DNA of 64,000 nucleotides from Felis catus. Taxonomy: Eukaryota. Location of the stretch: positions 220,722,001 through 220,786,000 of the forward strand of contig NC_058368.1 of assembly GCF_018350175.1 (NCBI RefSeq), in the 5' to 3' direction. The first letter of the stretch is position 1, and each line of letters opens with the position of its first letter. Shown in pieces: positions 41,635-52,863 of this stretch. Below the pieces are notes generated by a model, which worked only from the letters and a program-made list of their open reading frames with translations, did no database searches and was not told where the DNA came from. Position numbers and translations under genes: made by a program.

Positions 41635-43021
41635 TAAAATAAGTGGATTTTATGGTTTGTAAATTGTAATTCAATGAAGGTAATAAAAATAAAGAATATT
41701 GGGAATTGTGAGGATTTTTTCAAAATGGAACTGTCAATGAAATGAGAACTGGCATTGGCATATTATTAATCTGGTATTAGTAGAAAAACAAATCTTTTCT
41801 CCTCTAAAACCATCCATGGTTCATACCATCTATAATAGCAGTAAGAGAGAATAAGATAATATTTTTCTTTCTTTCATAACGTCAATTTGGCATGAGTATT
41901 TTAACCTTCCCTGTCAGTCTACTCTTCTATAAGCATAAAAATGTTCAGTTAAATATACATTGATTAGGTACTTCTAGTTTTAGGCAACTTCTGTGTTTTC
42001 ACACAAATGACCGTACCTTTCAACTATTCCAAGTGTTGGAAGGTGGACTTTAAGCTGTAACTTCTGCCACTTGTTACCATTTTTGCCCTTGAAACGAAGC
42101 AGGCCTAGTTGGATGTGTCTTCAACATAAAGACACATAAATTTATAGTGTTTATTGCCTCAAGTAAGTTTTCCCCAACTTTTCCATTATAGTCTTGGAAC
42201 TTTCTAAACATGTAGTATTTCTCTTTATAATTTTGAATATTTTAAATATTCAATATTTCAAATATGTTTGGATATTTCATCTCTTTGAATATTTCTATTC
42301 ATTTAACTTTAGATTGTCTGTATTTTTGGCAGCCGTATTTTTCTTTAATCATACAGAGCTTATAGCGAAATAAACTTTTGCTTATACTCATGCATGAAAC
42401 TATTTAGACAGGTCTTCTTTACCCAGGACTTGTAGATCTTAGTTAAGCAACAGTCAAAAAATTGAGTATCCTAAAATTTGTTATTTTGCAAGGTAATGAT
42501 ATTCAGTGTCCCTTAAAACTTTGCTCTAATCACCACTTTATTGCAAATGGAATGAAATTTGCTTGGCCATTTATCAGAAACTATGCCTATATTTGAGTAC
42601 CCTTGATAATTATGCTAGTTCTAAATGGACTATTTATCATGTACAGCACCCAGAGATCTCAGAGAAGAGTAGCTTTATATATTGTCTTATTAAGCTAAAA
42701 GTCCAGTATGTCCACTCTAGGATTGAGTAGAATGATGCTGTATCTTTGTATTGTTTTGGTTTACTTTTATGCCTTTATTTTGTTGTTGTTTCATGATGAG
42801 GCACAATTATCCATCTTTCCCTACTTCAAGATTTTATTATTTACAAGAGGAGTGGATAACATTATTATAATATTACATATAATAATATATAGTAATATAT
42901 TACTATAATAATATTATACCAACATGAGTGGATAATCTTACTAAACAAGGAAAATGACCTTTACTTGCCCACTGCCTTCATGTTCTTTTTATTTATAAAT
43001 TTAACCTTATCCAAGATTAGT

Positions 43022-43463
43022 TGTTTTAGGGTCACAACATCAGGAGTTTCCCAGGTAAAATATGAAACTGACCCCATACATGGAGAACAAGGAGAGACCT
43101 AAGAAAGAGACAGGCTATTACCGATTGCAAGCTTGCAGGTTTAAAAAGCAAGGTAATTTACAGAAGAGGCCAGTCTCCCTTGGCTACAAGAGTCGATCTT
43201 AACACTCCCAGACCTCACCAGAATCTTAAAAGTGTGTATAGAGGCCTTACCTGGATTCAGTCACATGTATCCTCAGATGGTTGCAACAACACATGGCTTT
43301 CTCAAGACCGTGCTCTCAAAAATAGATGAACTATGTTCTTGAAAAATTGTGGGAACTGTAGGCAGACCACAAGATCCAAGGACAGGAAGTTGGTGAGGAG
43401 CCTCTGACTGTCCAATCCAGCTCCCACAACTAGAAGTTACGTTCTTTCTGAACTCCTCCAACA
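43022..43463 (-). mobile_element. Solo LTR, same family as 51329 and 57132
   Basis: Minus strand begins tgttggaggagtt and shares 'cagaggctcctca', 'gtccttgg', 'tgtgactgaa', 'aaggcctcta..cttttaagattct' with the other copies. Confidence 0.78.
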
Positions 43464-43770
43464 GCTCTTTGTGGGTTTCTGCAGACTGGAATCACTTTAT
43501 AATTGTTTATAATTCTGAATCAGACTGAGTTGCAGGAGCAAATAAGTAACATACATAGGAAAGGCCAAGTTGATGCAGGTTCCTCCTTTGAGCTCATAGA
43601 CGGATATACACTGATATAGCCTCTTTTCATTTCTTTTTGCTTTTTGTTCTTCTCTACTTGTGTGTGGTTTTGTAAAAACCTGATTTCCTCCATTATGATT
43701 ATTCTATTTCAATGGCAGACATTTGACCATAAAACCTAACATCACAGCAAACTCTAAAATAAGTTGCTTT

Positions 43771-43912
43771 GGGGCAGCTGGGTGGCTCAGTCAGTTAAGC
43801 ATTGGGCGCTTGATCTTAGCTCAGGTCTTGATCTCAGGGTCATGAATTCAAGCCCTGCGTTGGGCTCCATGCTGGGCATGAAGCCTACTTACAAAAAAGA
43901 AAAAAAAAAAAA
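43771..43912 (+). mobile_element. CanSINE (short form)
   Basis: Head 'ggggcagctgggtggctcag' and A tail; TSD aagttgcttt / aagttgtttt. Confidence 0.9.
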
Positions 43913-43932
43913 GAAAGTTGTTTTATTTAGGT

Positions 43933-44157
43933 TTTTTTTTTTAATTTTTTTTTTTAACATTTATTTATTTTTGAGACAGAGAGAGACAAAGCCTGAACGG
44001 GGGAGGGTCAGAGAGAGGGAGACACAGAATCTGAAACAGGCTCCAGGCTCTGAGCTGTCAGCACAGAGCCTGACGCGGGGCTCGAACTCACGGACCGCGA
44101 GATCATGCCCTGAGCCGAAGTTGGCCACCCAACCGACTGAGCCACCCAGGCGCCCCT
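43933..44157 (-). mobile_element. CanSINE (felid, CpG-rich)
   Basis: 'cgcggggctcgaactcacggaccgcgagatc...gccacccaggcgcccc'. Confidence 0.95.
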
Positions 44158-44987
44158 AGGTATATTTTTAAAGAGGGAAATAGTAAGGATGAATGATAAT
44201 GCTGCCAACCGAATTACAAAATAAATGGACTGTACAAATACACATAGAAGAGATTAAAACTATTAAAACTGGAAAACAGGTTTTTGATATAAAATACATT
44301 TTAGTATGTATTTATACATTACATATGATTATATTAGTATATCCAATTTTGAGTGTTTATACTTCTAGAGGATCTGATACCAGACACAGATATATTATAA
44401 AAGACACTAATTAGGAAATAAGTAGATTTTGTTTTGAAAAAGTAGATTTTGTTTTAAAATGAATTTAATATCTGTAAGGGAGCAATGTTTGTTAAACTAA
44501 GAAACTTTTCAGAACCAAGGATGTATTTATTCAATAAAAATTACCTCTCTATATATTTAAAGAAAAAAGATAAAATATATTTTATTTAAAAATATTACAA
44601 ATGTTTACATGAGATCAGTTTACAAAATTTGAATCTTTTAAATTTATGATAAATGTAACTTACAGGCAACCAGAAATATAAAGGTGTCAGATATAGACAA
44701 AACTCAGATTTGGGGATATATGATGTACTCCTAAGCTATTAACATACCTTGAATTTTTCAAGTGCATATTCTCTGGTGGCAGTGAAGTTTAATGTATTTA
44801 TATGCTTATTTTATGATTTGTTTACACTTAATTTGTTGTTGTTAATGTTATTATTTTTACCGTGAAATTGACACCCAGGTATGTAATTTATATCACAGAG
44901 CGTCAAAAAATTTTTGTCACTTAAATTTTCTTTGTAAAAATGAATATTAAATTGGACCCTTCTTCCCAGTAAATTAAAAAAAATAAC

Positions 44988-45100
44988 CTTTTTTTTAAGA
45001 TTTTATTTTTAAGCAATCCTTACCCTCAAGGTGGGTCTCAAACTCACAACCCCGAGATCAAGAGTCGCCTGCTCTAATGACCAAGCCAACCAGGCACCCC
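44988..45100 (-). mobile_element. Short, older-type CanSINE
   Basis: 'cacaaccccgagatcaagagtcgc...caggcacccc'. Confidence 0.85.
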
Positions 45101-45579
45101 AGAAATAAACAATTCTTAATTTTATAGTTGATATAATATATATTGACTTCATAAATTTATCAATTTTCCATAACACAAGTCCTAGACCCTGACTAGTCTA
45201 GCTCTACAGAAGCTTCAAGCTTGAATATATAAATCTTTCTACATATCCAAATTATACTGATCTTGTAGCAACCAGTTTAAAACAAGCTATATTTTGTGGT
45301 CTTTTCAAACAACCTCAGGACATATTACTATTGCTCATATTTCTTGTGGTTTTAATTTTCACATATTCACTAGTACCCATGGCTGTTCCCAAAATATGCC
45401 TCACCAGAATTTTTCCTATTACAGGGAGTAGAAGTTTGTAGGAAGGTGAGAATTGAGATTCTACTGATTGATGGCAGCCCACAGGCTAAGGAGAAACTAT
45501 TGCAAGTAAATAGATAATTCAGTTTGGGTAGGTGTCATTTTGAGGGGGGAAAAAAAAAGAATGACATTAGAGTGAGATC

Positions 45580-45760
45580 TACTGAGTGTGAATCATGGTC
45601 CTGAATCCTGATACTGATTATCACTTTGACCTTGAGCAGAGGATATTCTCTGAGCCTCAGTTATATTATCCATAAAATGGCAATGAAAATATCTTCTTAC
45701 ATTACTGCTGTGACATTTAAGTGAGATAATGTTTAATGTCAAACGCACACATGGTCTTTA
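45580..45760 (+). mobile_element. MIR
   Basis: 'tgaatcctga...gaccttgagca...tctctgagcctcagtt...cataaaatgg...ttaagtgagataatg'. Confidence 0.75.
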
Positions 45761-45943
45761 AAAATTAGTTCTTTCCATGTAAGGCTAAGTCCCATGTGCA
45801 TTTCTAATCAAGACGGTGAGAAAATTACTGAAGTGGGTATGATCTCTGTTTGCAACTCTGCTGAAACTGAGGTTCACGGTTTTGTGACAAAGCTTTTTGC
45901 TAGTTGCATCTTTTCCTTTTCAAATGTTATGCTTATTTCTTAT

Positions 45944-46183
45944 TTTTGATGTTTATTTATTTTTGAGAGAGACAGAGAGACACAGACAGAGGCAGAGAAA
46001 GAGAGAGAGAGAGGGCACAAGCAGAGGAGGGGCAGAGAGATAGGAAGACACAGATTCTGAAGTAGGCTTCAGGCTCTGTGCTGTCAGTGCAGAGCCCCAT
46101 GCGGGGCTCGAACCCACAAACCGTGAGATCATGACCCGAGCTCCAGTTGGACACTCAACCGACTCAGCCACCCAAGTGCCCCT
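45944..46183 (-). mobile_element. CanSINE
   Basis: Full minus-strand body; flanking repeat tcaaatgtta. Confidence 0.93.
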
Positions 46184-46589
46184 CAAATGTTAACATTTAT
46201 TTCTGTTCCTAATGGAGATGTATTTATAATCTCCATAAGACAAAACAATATTTCATTGTAAGAATACTTAGTATATAGTTGGTGATAAAATACATAGGTG
46301 CTATAAATTCATGAGGGCCAAAGACTGTTTTTTTGTCTCTAGAGATTATAATGTTTATTATTTTGCATTTATGATTCACCCCAACACAAAGCAATGCATA
46401 TTGTAGAATTCAACAATTATTTGTTCAATGGATTATTAAAATATCAGTCAATTCATGTGGTAAAAAATGTTATTTTTTAATAATCAAGATTTTTTCCATC
46501 ATGGATATCCATAACTATAGAACTGCTATATTCAGATTTTGTATTTATATGACAGTAAAGAAATATTAAAGGCAAGCATTGGAGTTTGG

Positions 46590-46810
46590 TGACTATCAAA
46601 ATGGTCTCTGGAGTTCAGCTGCCTTGGTTCAAATCCTGACTCCACTGATTACTATGTTTATGACCACTATATGTTATTTAACTTCCCTGTGACTTTGTTT
46701 TCTCATTTCTGAACTGAAGAAAATAATGTTACCACCTTCGTACTATGGAAATATAAGTGAAATATTTAGCCCTATGTCTGACATCTAGTAAATACTCAGT
46801 AAATATTAAT
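46590..46810 (+). mobile_element. MIR
   Basis: 'ctctggagttcagctgccttggttcaaatcctgactccact...gttatttaacttccctgtg...acatctagtaaatactcagtaaat'. Confidence 0.8.
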
Positions 46811-47311
46811 CCACTTTTAGTACTAATAGTTGGAGTGTTTTTATTGCTATTGCATGAGTGCCCAAATCTCTTATTTCCTACTCTGTGTCAGTAGTTTCTG
46901 TCCAGCTATTTTCAAATCATCAGCTCACCCGAGGCCATCTGGGCATTCCACCTTAATCTGTATCCCAAAATATTTGACATCACAGTTTTGTAAATTTGTC
47001 TTCTAATCCTACTCCTTGTCATTGACCTAACAGCTATTGTTGGATATCAGGTGACAAGCTTACGTTTTCTCAGACCCTCTGATTTCAGCCGCAGCCGAGA
47101 GGACCAGATCCATGTGGATGTGATCCACTTCCTTGTTCACGGTGGATCCCTCAAGTGCCCATGTCTTGTCTTTGCTTACAGCTCTCGGGCTTCCATTACA
47201 CTGCAAAGAATAGTAGGAGTCACTGTGCCTACATGTGTATATATCTCAAAAGAGTGACAATCGAGAGCAATAAGGGAAACAAGCTTGTGGCCTTTTAATT
47301 GAAAAACTCTT

Positions 47312-47555
47312 GGGGCGCCTGGGTGGCTCAGTCGGTTAAGCGTCCGACTTCAGCTCAGGTCACGATCTCGCGGTCCGCGAGTTTGGGCCCGCGTCAGGCT
47401 CTGGGCTGATGGCTCAGAGCCTGGAGCCTGTTTCCGATTCTGTGTCTCCCTCTCTCTCTGCCCCTCCCCCGTTCATGCTGTGTCTCTCTCTGTCTCAAAA
47501 ATAAATAAATGTTAAAAAAAATTTTTAAAAAATCTAAAAAAAAAAAAGAAATAAA
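47312..47555 (+). mobile_element. Young felid CanSINE
   Basis: CpG-rich body; TSD aaaactcttgg. Confidence 0.95.
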
Positions 47556-47734
47556 GAAAAACTCTTGGAGGTATTCTGTATACTTCTCTAGAAATCCCAG
47601 TGGAATCAAGCCATGTCGCTCACAGGGGCCACTTTGATCAGGCCCCGTTACACTGGTTCTGGTTGATCAACCGGTACATATGCTATGTGCACATGGTCCT
47701 TTCATTCCTCCTCTGGTTTAAATAAAATACAAGC

Positions 47735-47952
47735 GGGGCTCCTGGGTGGCTCAGTCAGTTAAGCGTCTGACTTTGGCTCAGGTCATGATTTCACAGTCCG
47801 TGAGTTCGAGCCCCGCGTCGGGCTCTGTGCTGACAGCTCAGAGCCTGGAGCCTGCTTCAGATTCTGTGTCTCCCTCTCTCTCTCACCCTCCCCCATTCAT
47901 GCTCTGTCTCTCTCTGTCTCAAAAATAAATAAACATTAAAAAAAATAAAAAT
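47735..47952 (+). mobile_element. CanSINE
   Basis: TSD aaataaaatacaagc (47720-47734 / 47953-47967). Confidence 0.95.
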
Positions 47953-49119
47953 AAATAAAATACAAGCAAGGATGAATACTCTACAAGATTTAAAACACTG
48001 AACACTCTGAATTTTCTTCTCTCTGCCACCGACATCTATAGCCTAATAGAGTCCTCTACATTACGCTTAAGCGATTTCTTACATTGTTTTTCTTTAGGTT
48101 TGAAATCATGTCAATTTAACAATAAGCATTACATATGAAATGACAAAACAAAGATAAAGGAAGGTAAAGGATCTTTACCCTAGATATGCAAACCTCCTGG
48201 CAGGTAACCTCAGATTTTGTTGTTTTAGCGTTAGAGAAGAATGAGGTAGACCACACTATTCTTCAAAATAATCACTGGCCCTCCCTATGCTTCTTTTCCA
48301 CTAGGAAGACTATGCATTTTGGTTACATTGACATCACACTTAGTATTGTGTCCTTGACATTCCTTGACCAAAGAAATACAAACAGAAGTGATGTTCATCA
48401 CTTCTGAGCAACATTTATTGTTGTTTTTGTTATTTTAATGAGATTCTCCTGTATCTCCTTTCCCTCTTCCATAAGATTGGGAATGTCCCATCAGCCTAGG
48501 TGAATTCTGAATTAAAGATGTGAAGCAAAGTTGACCAATTATTGTAGACTAATAACAGATATATCAAAGAGACAGAGATACTGATTAAGAAATGGCCACA
48601 AATGTCTAGGGAGGAAGGGTAAAAGCCTGAACCGAAACGATAATAGTTGTGGACCAAATAAACAATAAATGATGATTTAAGTGATATTTAGGAAGTCAGG
48701 TTGATGAAACTTGTTAACTCATGAATACAGGTGTAAGGGTGACAATACTTCTGTCCCTGGCCCATATTACATCGTGTTTTGATTTTTCACATCCTTGTGG
48801 TGAATTTTCCTTTGTCTTTTTGTTTCTTTCTTGCCAACAGAGTAATCATCTTATCGCACAATTTTGATGATGCCATTCCTCTTCTAAACAGTCTCCATGG
48901 CTCCCCATTGCTAAAGAACTTCGCCTTAATCGCTGTCATAACTCTTTGTAATATTTATTTCCCACTTTTCAGGCCATTCTTTCCTTAAAGAAACTCTACT
49001 AGTTTTGTTGTTCTTTCCTCAAAAATGATTTTTGAGTTTCCAGTTAAATGCCTTGTCCCAGTCATTACTTTTGCTTTAGCACTTCTTCACTTCAAATTAC
49101 TTTGAATTCTACTTACTTA

Positions 49120-49440
49120 TTTTTAGTCAGGATAGATTAGGTTCCCATGCGGTGACGTATGACCTTAAAAATCCCAGTGGCTTACAAATACAAGCTTTAT
49201 TAACCTCTCAAACTACATGTCCATCCTAGGACAGCTAAGACTCCATTGTTCTCTTCATTTAACAGCCCAGGGTGAAGGAAAAGCTTCTGCATGAAATGAG
49301 CACAAACTGTATTTGTTCTTCAGTATTCTGCTTGAACATGATAATGTTCTCTCTATCCATATTTTGAAGCAAGTCATATAACCAAGGCTAGAATGGAGAA
49401 GTGTATCCGTCCACCAGGGTGGAGTAGGAAAAATCTATAG
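49120..49440. mobile_element. Old MLT1 (MaLR) LTR fragment
   Basis: 'ttagtcaggatagattagg...aaaatcccagtggctta...gcaagtcatataacc'. Confidence 0.55.
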
Positions 49441-49624
49441 AAGACATAGAATAATGTAAGTTACCATATCATCATTTCCAATCGATTCCAAATCCCATTG
49501 ATTTCATTAATCGAATCTTGTCCACCCCATCTTCAAATGTTACTGTTTTCTCAACTCTTGGCACGAATATGAATTATATAGCACATCTTGTAATGCCCAA
49601 TGACCTCAGCAGGGGGTGACAGAA

Positions 49625-49627
49625 TTT

Positions 49628-49699
<72 letters not shown>

Positions 49700-49865
49700 T
49701 CCTTCTCTCCTTCTTTCTGTTTATTTATTTATTTTGAGAGAGACAGAGACAGCCCAAGTAGGGGAGGGGCAGAGAGAGAGGGAGAGAGAGAGAGAGAGAG
49801 AGAGAATCCCAAGCAGGCCTCATGCTGACAGTGCAGAGCCCAATGCTGGGGTCAAACTCAGAAAA
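49625..49865 (-). mobile_element. 5'-truncated CanSINE with expanded (TTTC)n tail
   Basis: (TTTC)n at 49626-49700, (GA)n, body stopping at 'ggggtcaaactca'. Confidence 0.9.
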
Positions 49866-49866
49866 C

Positions 49867-49928
49867 GATTTATTGATTTATTGATTTATTGATTTATTGA
49901 TAAATAAATGATTTATCGATTTATTGAT
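49867..49928. repeat. (GATTTATT)n tandem repeat with an inverted unit
   Basis: Read directly. Confidence 0.85.
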
Positions 49929-49999
49929 ACAAAAATAGGTGCTGGTCTTCTGCAGTAGTTTGCACATACCTTCCTTCGAGCAACAACCCCCAGAGTTGA

Positions 50000-50170
50000 T
50001 TGTGCATTGGAGTCATCTGAAGGGATGTTAAAACATAGATTTCTGGATACCACTTTTAGAGTTTCCAATTCAATAGGAATAGTAAAGGGCTTGAGAATTT
50101 GCCGTCTCATCAAGTTCCCAGGTGATACCTTTGCTAGTGGTCTGGGGATAACACACTGAAAACCATTGAG
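50000..50170. mobile_element. MER5A-like element
   Basis: 'cattggagtcatctg...agagtttccaattcaatagg...gagaatttgc...caagttcccaggtgat...cactgaaaaccattg'. Confidence 0.78.
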
Positions 50171-50264
50171 CTGCAGAACAAAGAGAATAATCTATATTCA
50201 GTCACTTGTTATTTGTGATCAACAAATGAATTCAAATACATGAATACATATTATTATATATATA

Positions 50265-50444
50265 TTTTAATGTTTCTGTATTTTTGAGAGAGAGACAGAA
50301 CACGAGTGGGGAAGGGGGGAGAGAAGGAGACAGAATCTGAAACAAGCTCCAGGATCTGAGCTTTCAGCACAGAGACAGATGTGGAGCTTGAACTCATGAA
50401 CAGCGAGATCATGACCTGAATCTACTGAGCCAGCCAGGTCCCCC
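50265..50444 (-). mobile_element. CanSINE
   Basis: 'gagatcatgacctgaa...ctgagccagccaggtcccc'. Confidence 0.9.
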
Positions 50445-50474
50445 TTTGTTATTATGCAATTAAGAAATAAAACA

Positions 50475-50712
50475 GAGGTGCCTGGGTGGCTCAGTCAGTT
50501 ACAAGTCAGACTTCGGCTCAGGTCATGACCTCACTGTTTGTGATTTCCTATATCAAGCCCCGTGGCAGGGCTCTGTGCTGACAGCTTACCCGGAGCCTTG
50601 GAGCCTGGAGCCTGTTCTGGATTCCCCTTCCCTTTCTCTCTGCCCTTCTCCTGCTCACACTCTGTCTCTGTCTCTCTCAAAAATAAATCAACATTAAGAA
50701 TTAAAAAAAAAA
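50475..50712 (+). mobile_element. CanSINE
   Basis: Head 'ggtgcctgggtggctcagtc'; TSD aagaaataaaaca. Confidence 0.92.
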
Positions 50713-51328
50713 GAAATAAAACAAACGTTTATAACGATCATTTCTTTAGTGCATTCCTTTCTTCACAAAAGCCAGGTGACTACTGTTAACCAGAGAATGT
50801 CCTGAATAAAATTTTACTGGTTACATGAGTGAGTTACAATAAAGTTAGCTTTCACCTTTTTATAGCAACACAGCATACAGTGCTGTAAATATCGCACTTT
50901 TCCATGGCTCCTTCACATGATGGACAGGTAACAAAATTGTTTTGTTTGTAAAGTCTCCCCAAGCTATTTCAACTTGTCACGACACACAAAGCTTGGCTAC
51001 ACCAAATGCATCAACCCATTTGTATTACTTCAGTGGAACAAAGAGATTTCAGAAAGACACATTAATTTTATTCTCATTCAACAATTACATTGAAGAGACA
51101 TTCCTATTTGTGCAGCTGTTTGAGCTACCAAGCCTCCTTGTATTTATACATATGTTTAAAACAGCAGAGATGCTGTGCTCTTGAGGGTTTTGATATACTT
51201 AGATTAAATGATTATCCCAAATATTGCTGCATTCTTGACTCATAAATGATAAAGTGACAGATTCTTGGAGAGAAAATAAATGATTCCCGTGAACTTAATG
51301 TCAGTACTTAGTACTTCGATAGTGAAAT

Positions 51329-51748
51329 TGTTGGAAGAGGTCAATAGGAGGACGTGACCTCCAGTTGACCAGAAAGCCAGACGCAGGCAATCAGAGGCTC
51401 CTCACTGCCTCCCCCGTCCTTGGAATGTACATTAGGTGCACTGTTCCCATGCTAGGAGCCACTTCAAGAGCTTGAGACAGTTATGTGTTACTGAGAGCAT
51501 CTGGACTGTATACATAGGTGAACCCCATCAACACCTTCACATAAACGTTTAAGATTCTAGGAGAGCAGGTGCTGAGATCTACTAGTCTGTGGCCACCTAA
51601 GGCAAGCCTTGTATTTAAGTTCTCTTATTAACACTGCCGCCTATCAATCCAGAGCAGCCAGACTCTTGCTTTGGTCTCTCCTTGCCCTCACTGTATACGG
51701 TTTGTTTCAAATTTCATCCACAGGAACTCCTGAAGTTGTGAATCAACA
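51329..51748 (+). mobile_element. Solo LTR about 0.75 kb upstream of the promoter
   Basis: TG...CA termini (tgttgg...tcaaca); 5-bp TSD gaaat/aaaat; homologous to 43022 and 57132. Confidence 0.8.
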
Positions 51749-52279
51749 AAAATGTAAAGAACGATTATCATGGAATTTGGACGGATGTAGTAGTATTGTT
51801 TCCAATAGCGCTCCTTTTCATTATAGGATTTTAAAAATCCTTGTAATACCCTCTACCGTTGCAAGTAATCACTAAGAGATTTCCTAACACAAATTAATGT
51901 TAATTAAAGAAATCTTACAAGACATAAACATGCAAAATTAAAGACACAAGCCCAACATATAACCTGAACAGATTTTAGCTCCTCATAAAAACCTGACCAG
52001 GTTCAGCCAGCACAGAAGCAGGTAAATGGATTAGTAGAAATTTCTTGGCTAAGGTTATCACCAACTAGCAACTGATTCTTGTTCAGACCACGTTCCGAGA
52101 AGGAGATGGCTTCCAGGTGAAATGGACTTTATCCTCGGGTTCCACAAGATAAAAACAATCAAGCTACTTAGCGGAGTGAGAAGCAGGACTCCAGCCTTTG
52201 CCTCCCAATTCCCTGATTTTCAACAGTCCTCAAAGCCTTTTAATAGCAAAGCTCCAGGTGCAAAGGAAACCAGGTGCTG

Positions 52280-52600
52280 TCACTTTGCCCGCGCCCACGC
52301 TTCCCCCTCCACTAAGCTCCTCTAATGAGTGTCCTGAGAACTGTGGAGTCCTTCCATTCATTCACAGCACTGTACAATGAACGCTAGGGGGGAAAAAGAA
52401 CAAACAAGATACGTTTCGAATACAAGATTCAATTACTTTTCACAACTCGGTGATGTGTCAAAGGCACGCTGTGTTTTGTTTTGAGGGCGGGGAGATGACT
52501 GGGAGGGAATCCTGGGCCCCCATTGGCTGGCCGCTCGCCGCTGCAGTTGAGCTCCAGCCGCTCCTCCAGCATTATTGATCCGAAGGGTAAACGTGGAGGG
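52280..52600 (+). promoter_or_regulatory. Putative Pol II promoter (GC box + inverted CCAAT, weak CpG enrichment)
   Basis: GGGCGG at 52485-52490 and ATTGG at 52522-52526. Clustered CpGs in non-repeat sequence against a CpG-poor background, with a strong splice donor downstream. Confidence 0.7.
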
Positions 52601-52863
52601 AGCCACAGAGAGGGGTCCAGGCGTTTCTGAGAAGAGAGGCAGACCGCTTCCAGGAAGAAAGTGGTGTCTGCTGGCTGCCCGGCTTGGAGGATCTTCTGTG
52701 AATGAGAGAGGACGAAATGCAAGGCAGTTTGTTGCTACAGTGATTTTAGAAGAAAAAAAGAGGGAGAGAGAGAGAGGAAGGAGAGGGAGAGGAGAAAAGG
52801 GTCTCACCTTCGGTGCAAGGCTGGCTTATTGCATCCTGCTGCAGCTGCCTTTTCTGCCATCAG
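52540..52863 (+). other. Putative non-coding first exon (start approximate), 5' splice site CAG|GTAAGG at 52863/52864
   Basis: Near-consensus donor downstream of the promoter motifs. No ATG-initiated frame is open across the donor. The gene is not identified with confidence. Confidence 0.6.

Larger units (their letters stand above)
39865..41690 (+). mobile_element. L1 (L1MB-like) ORF2-end/3' UTR remnant fragmented by four SINEs
   Basis: 'aaaattaaaaccacaataagataccac', 'aatgaaaacatatgtcca', 'atcaactggtgaatggata', end 'ttttatggtttgtaaattgtaattcaatgaag'. Confidence 0.85.
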
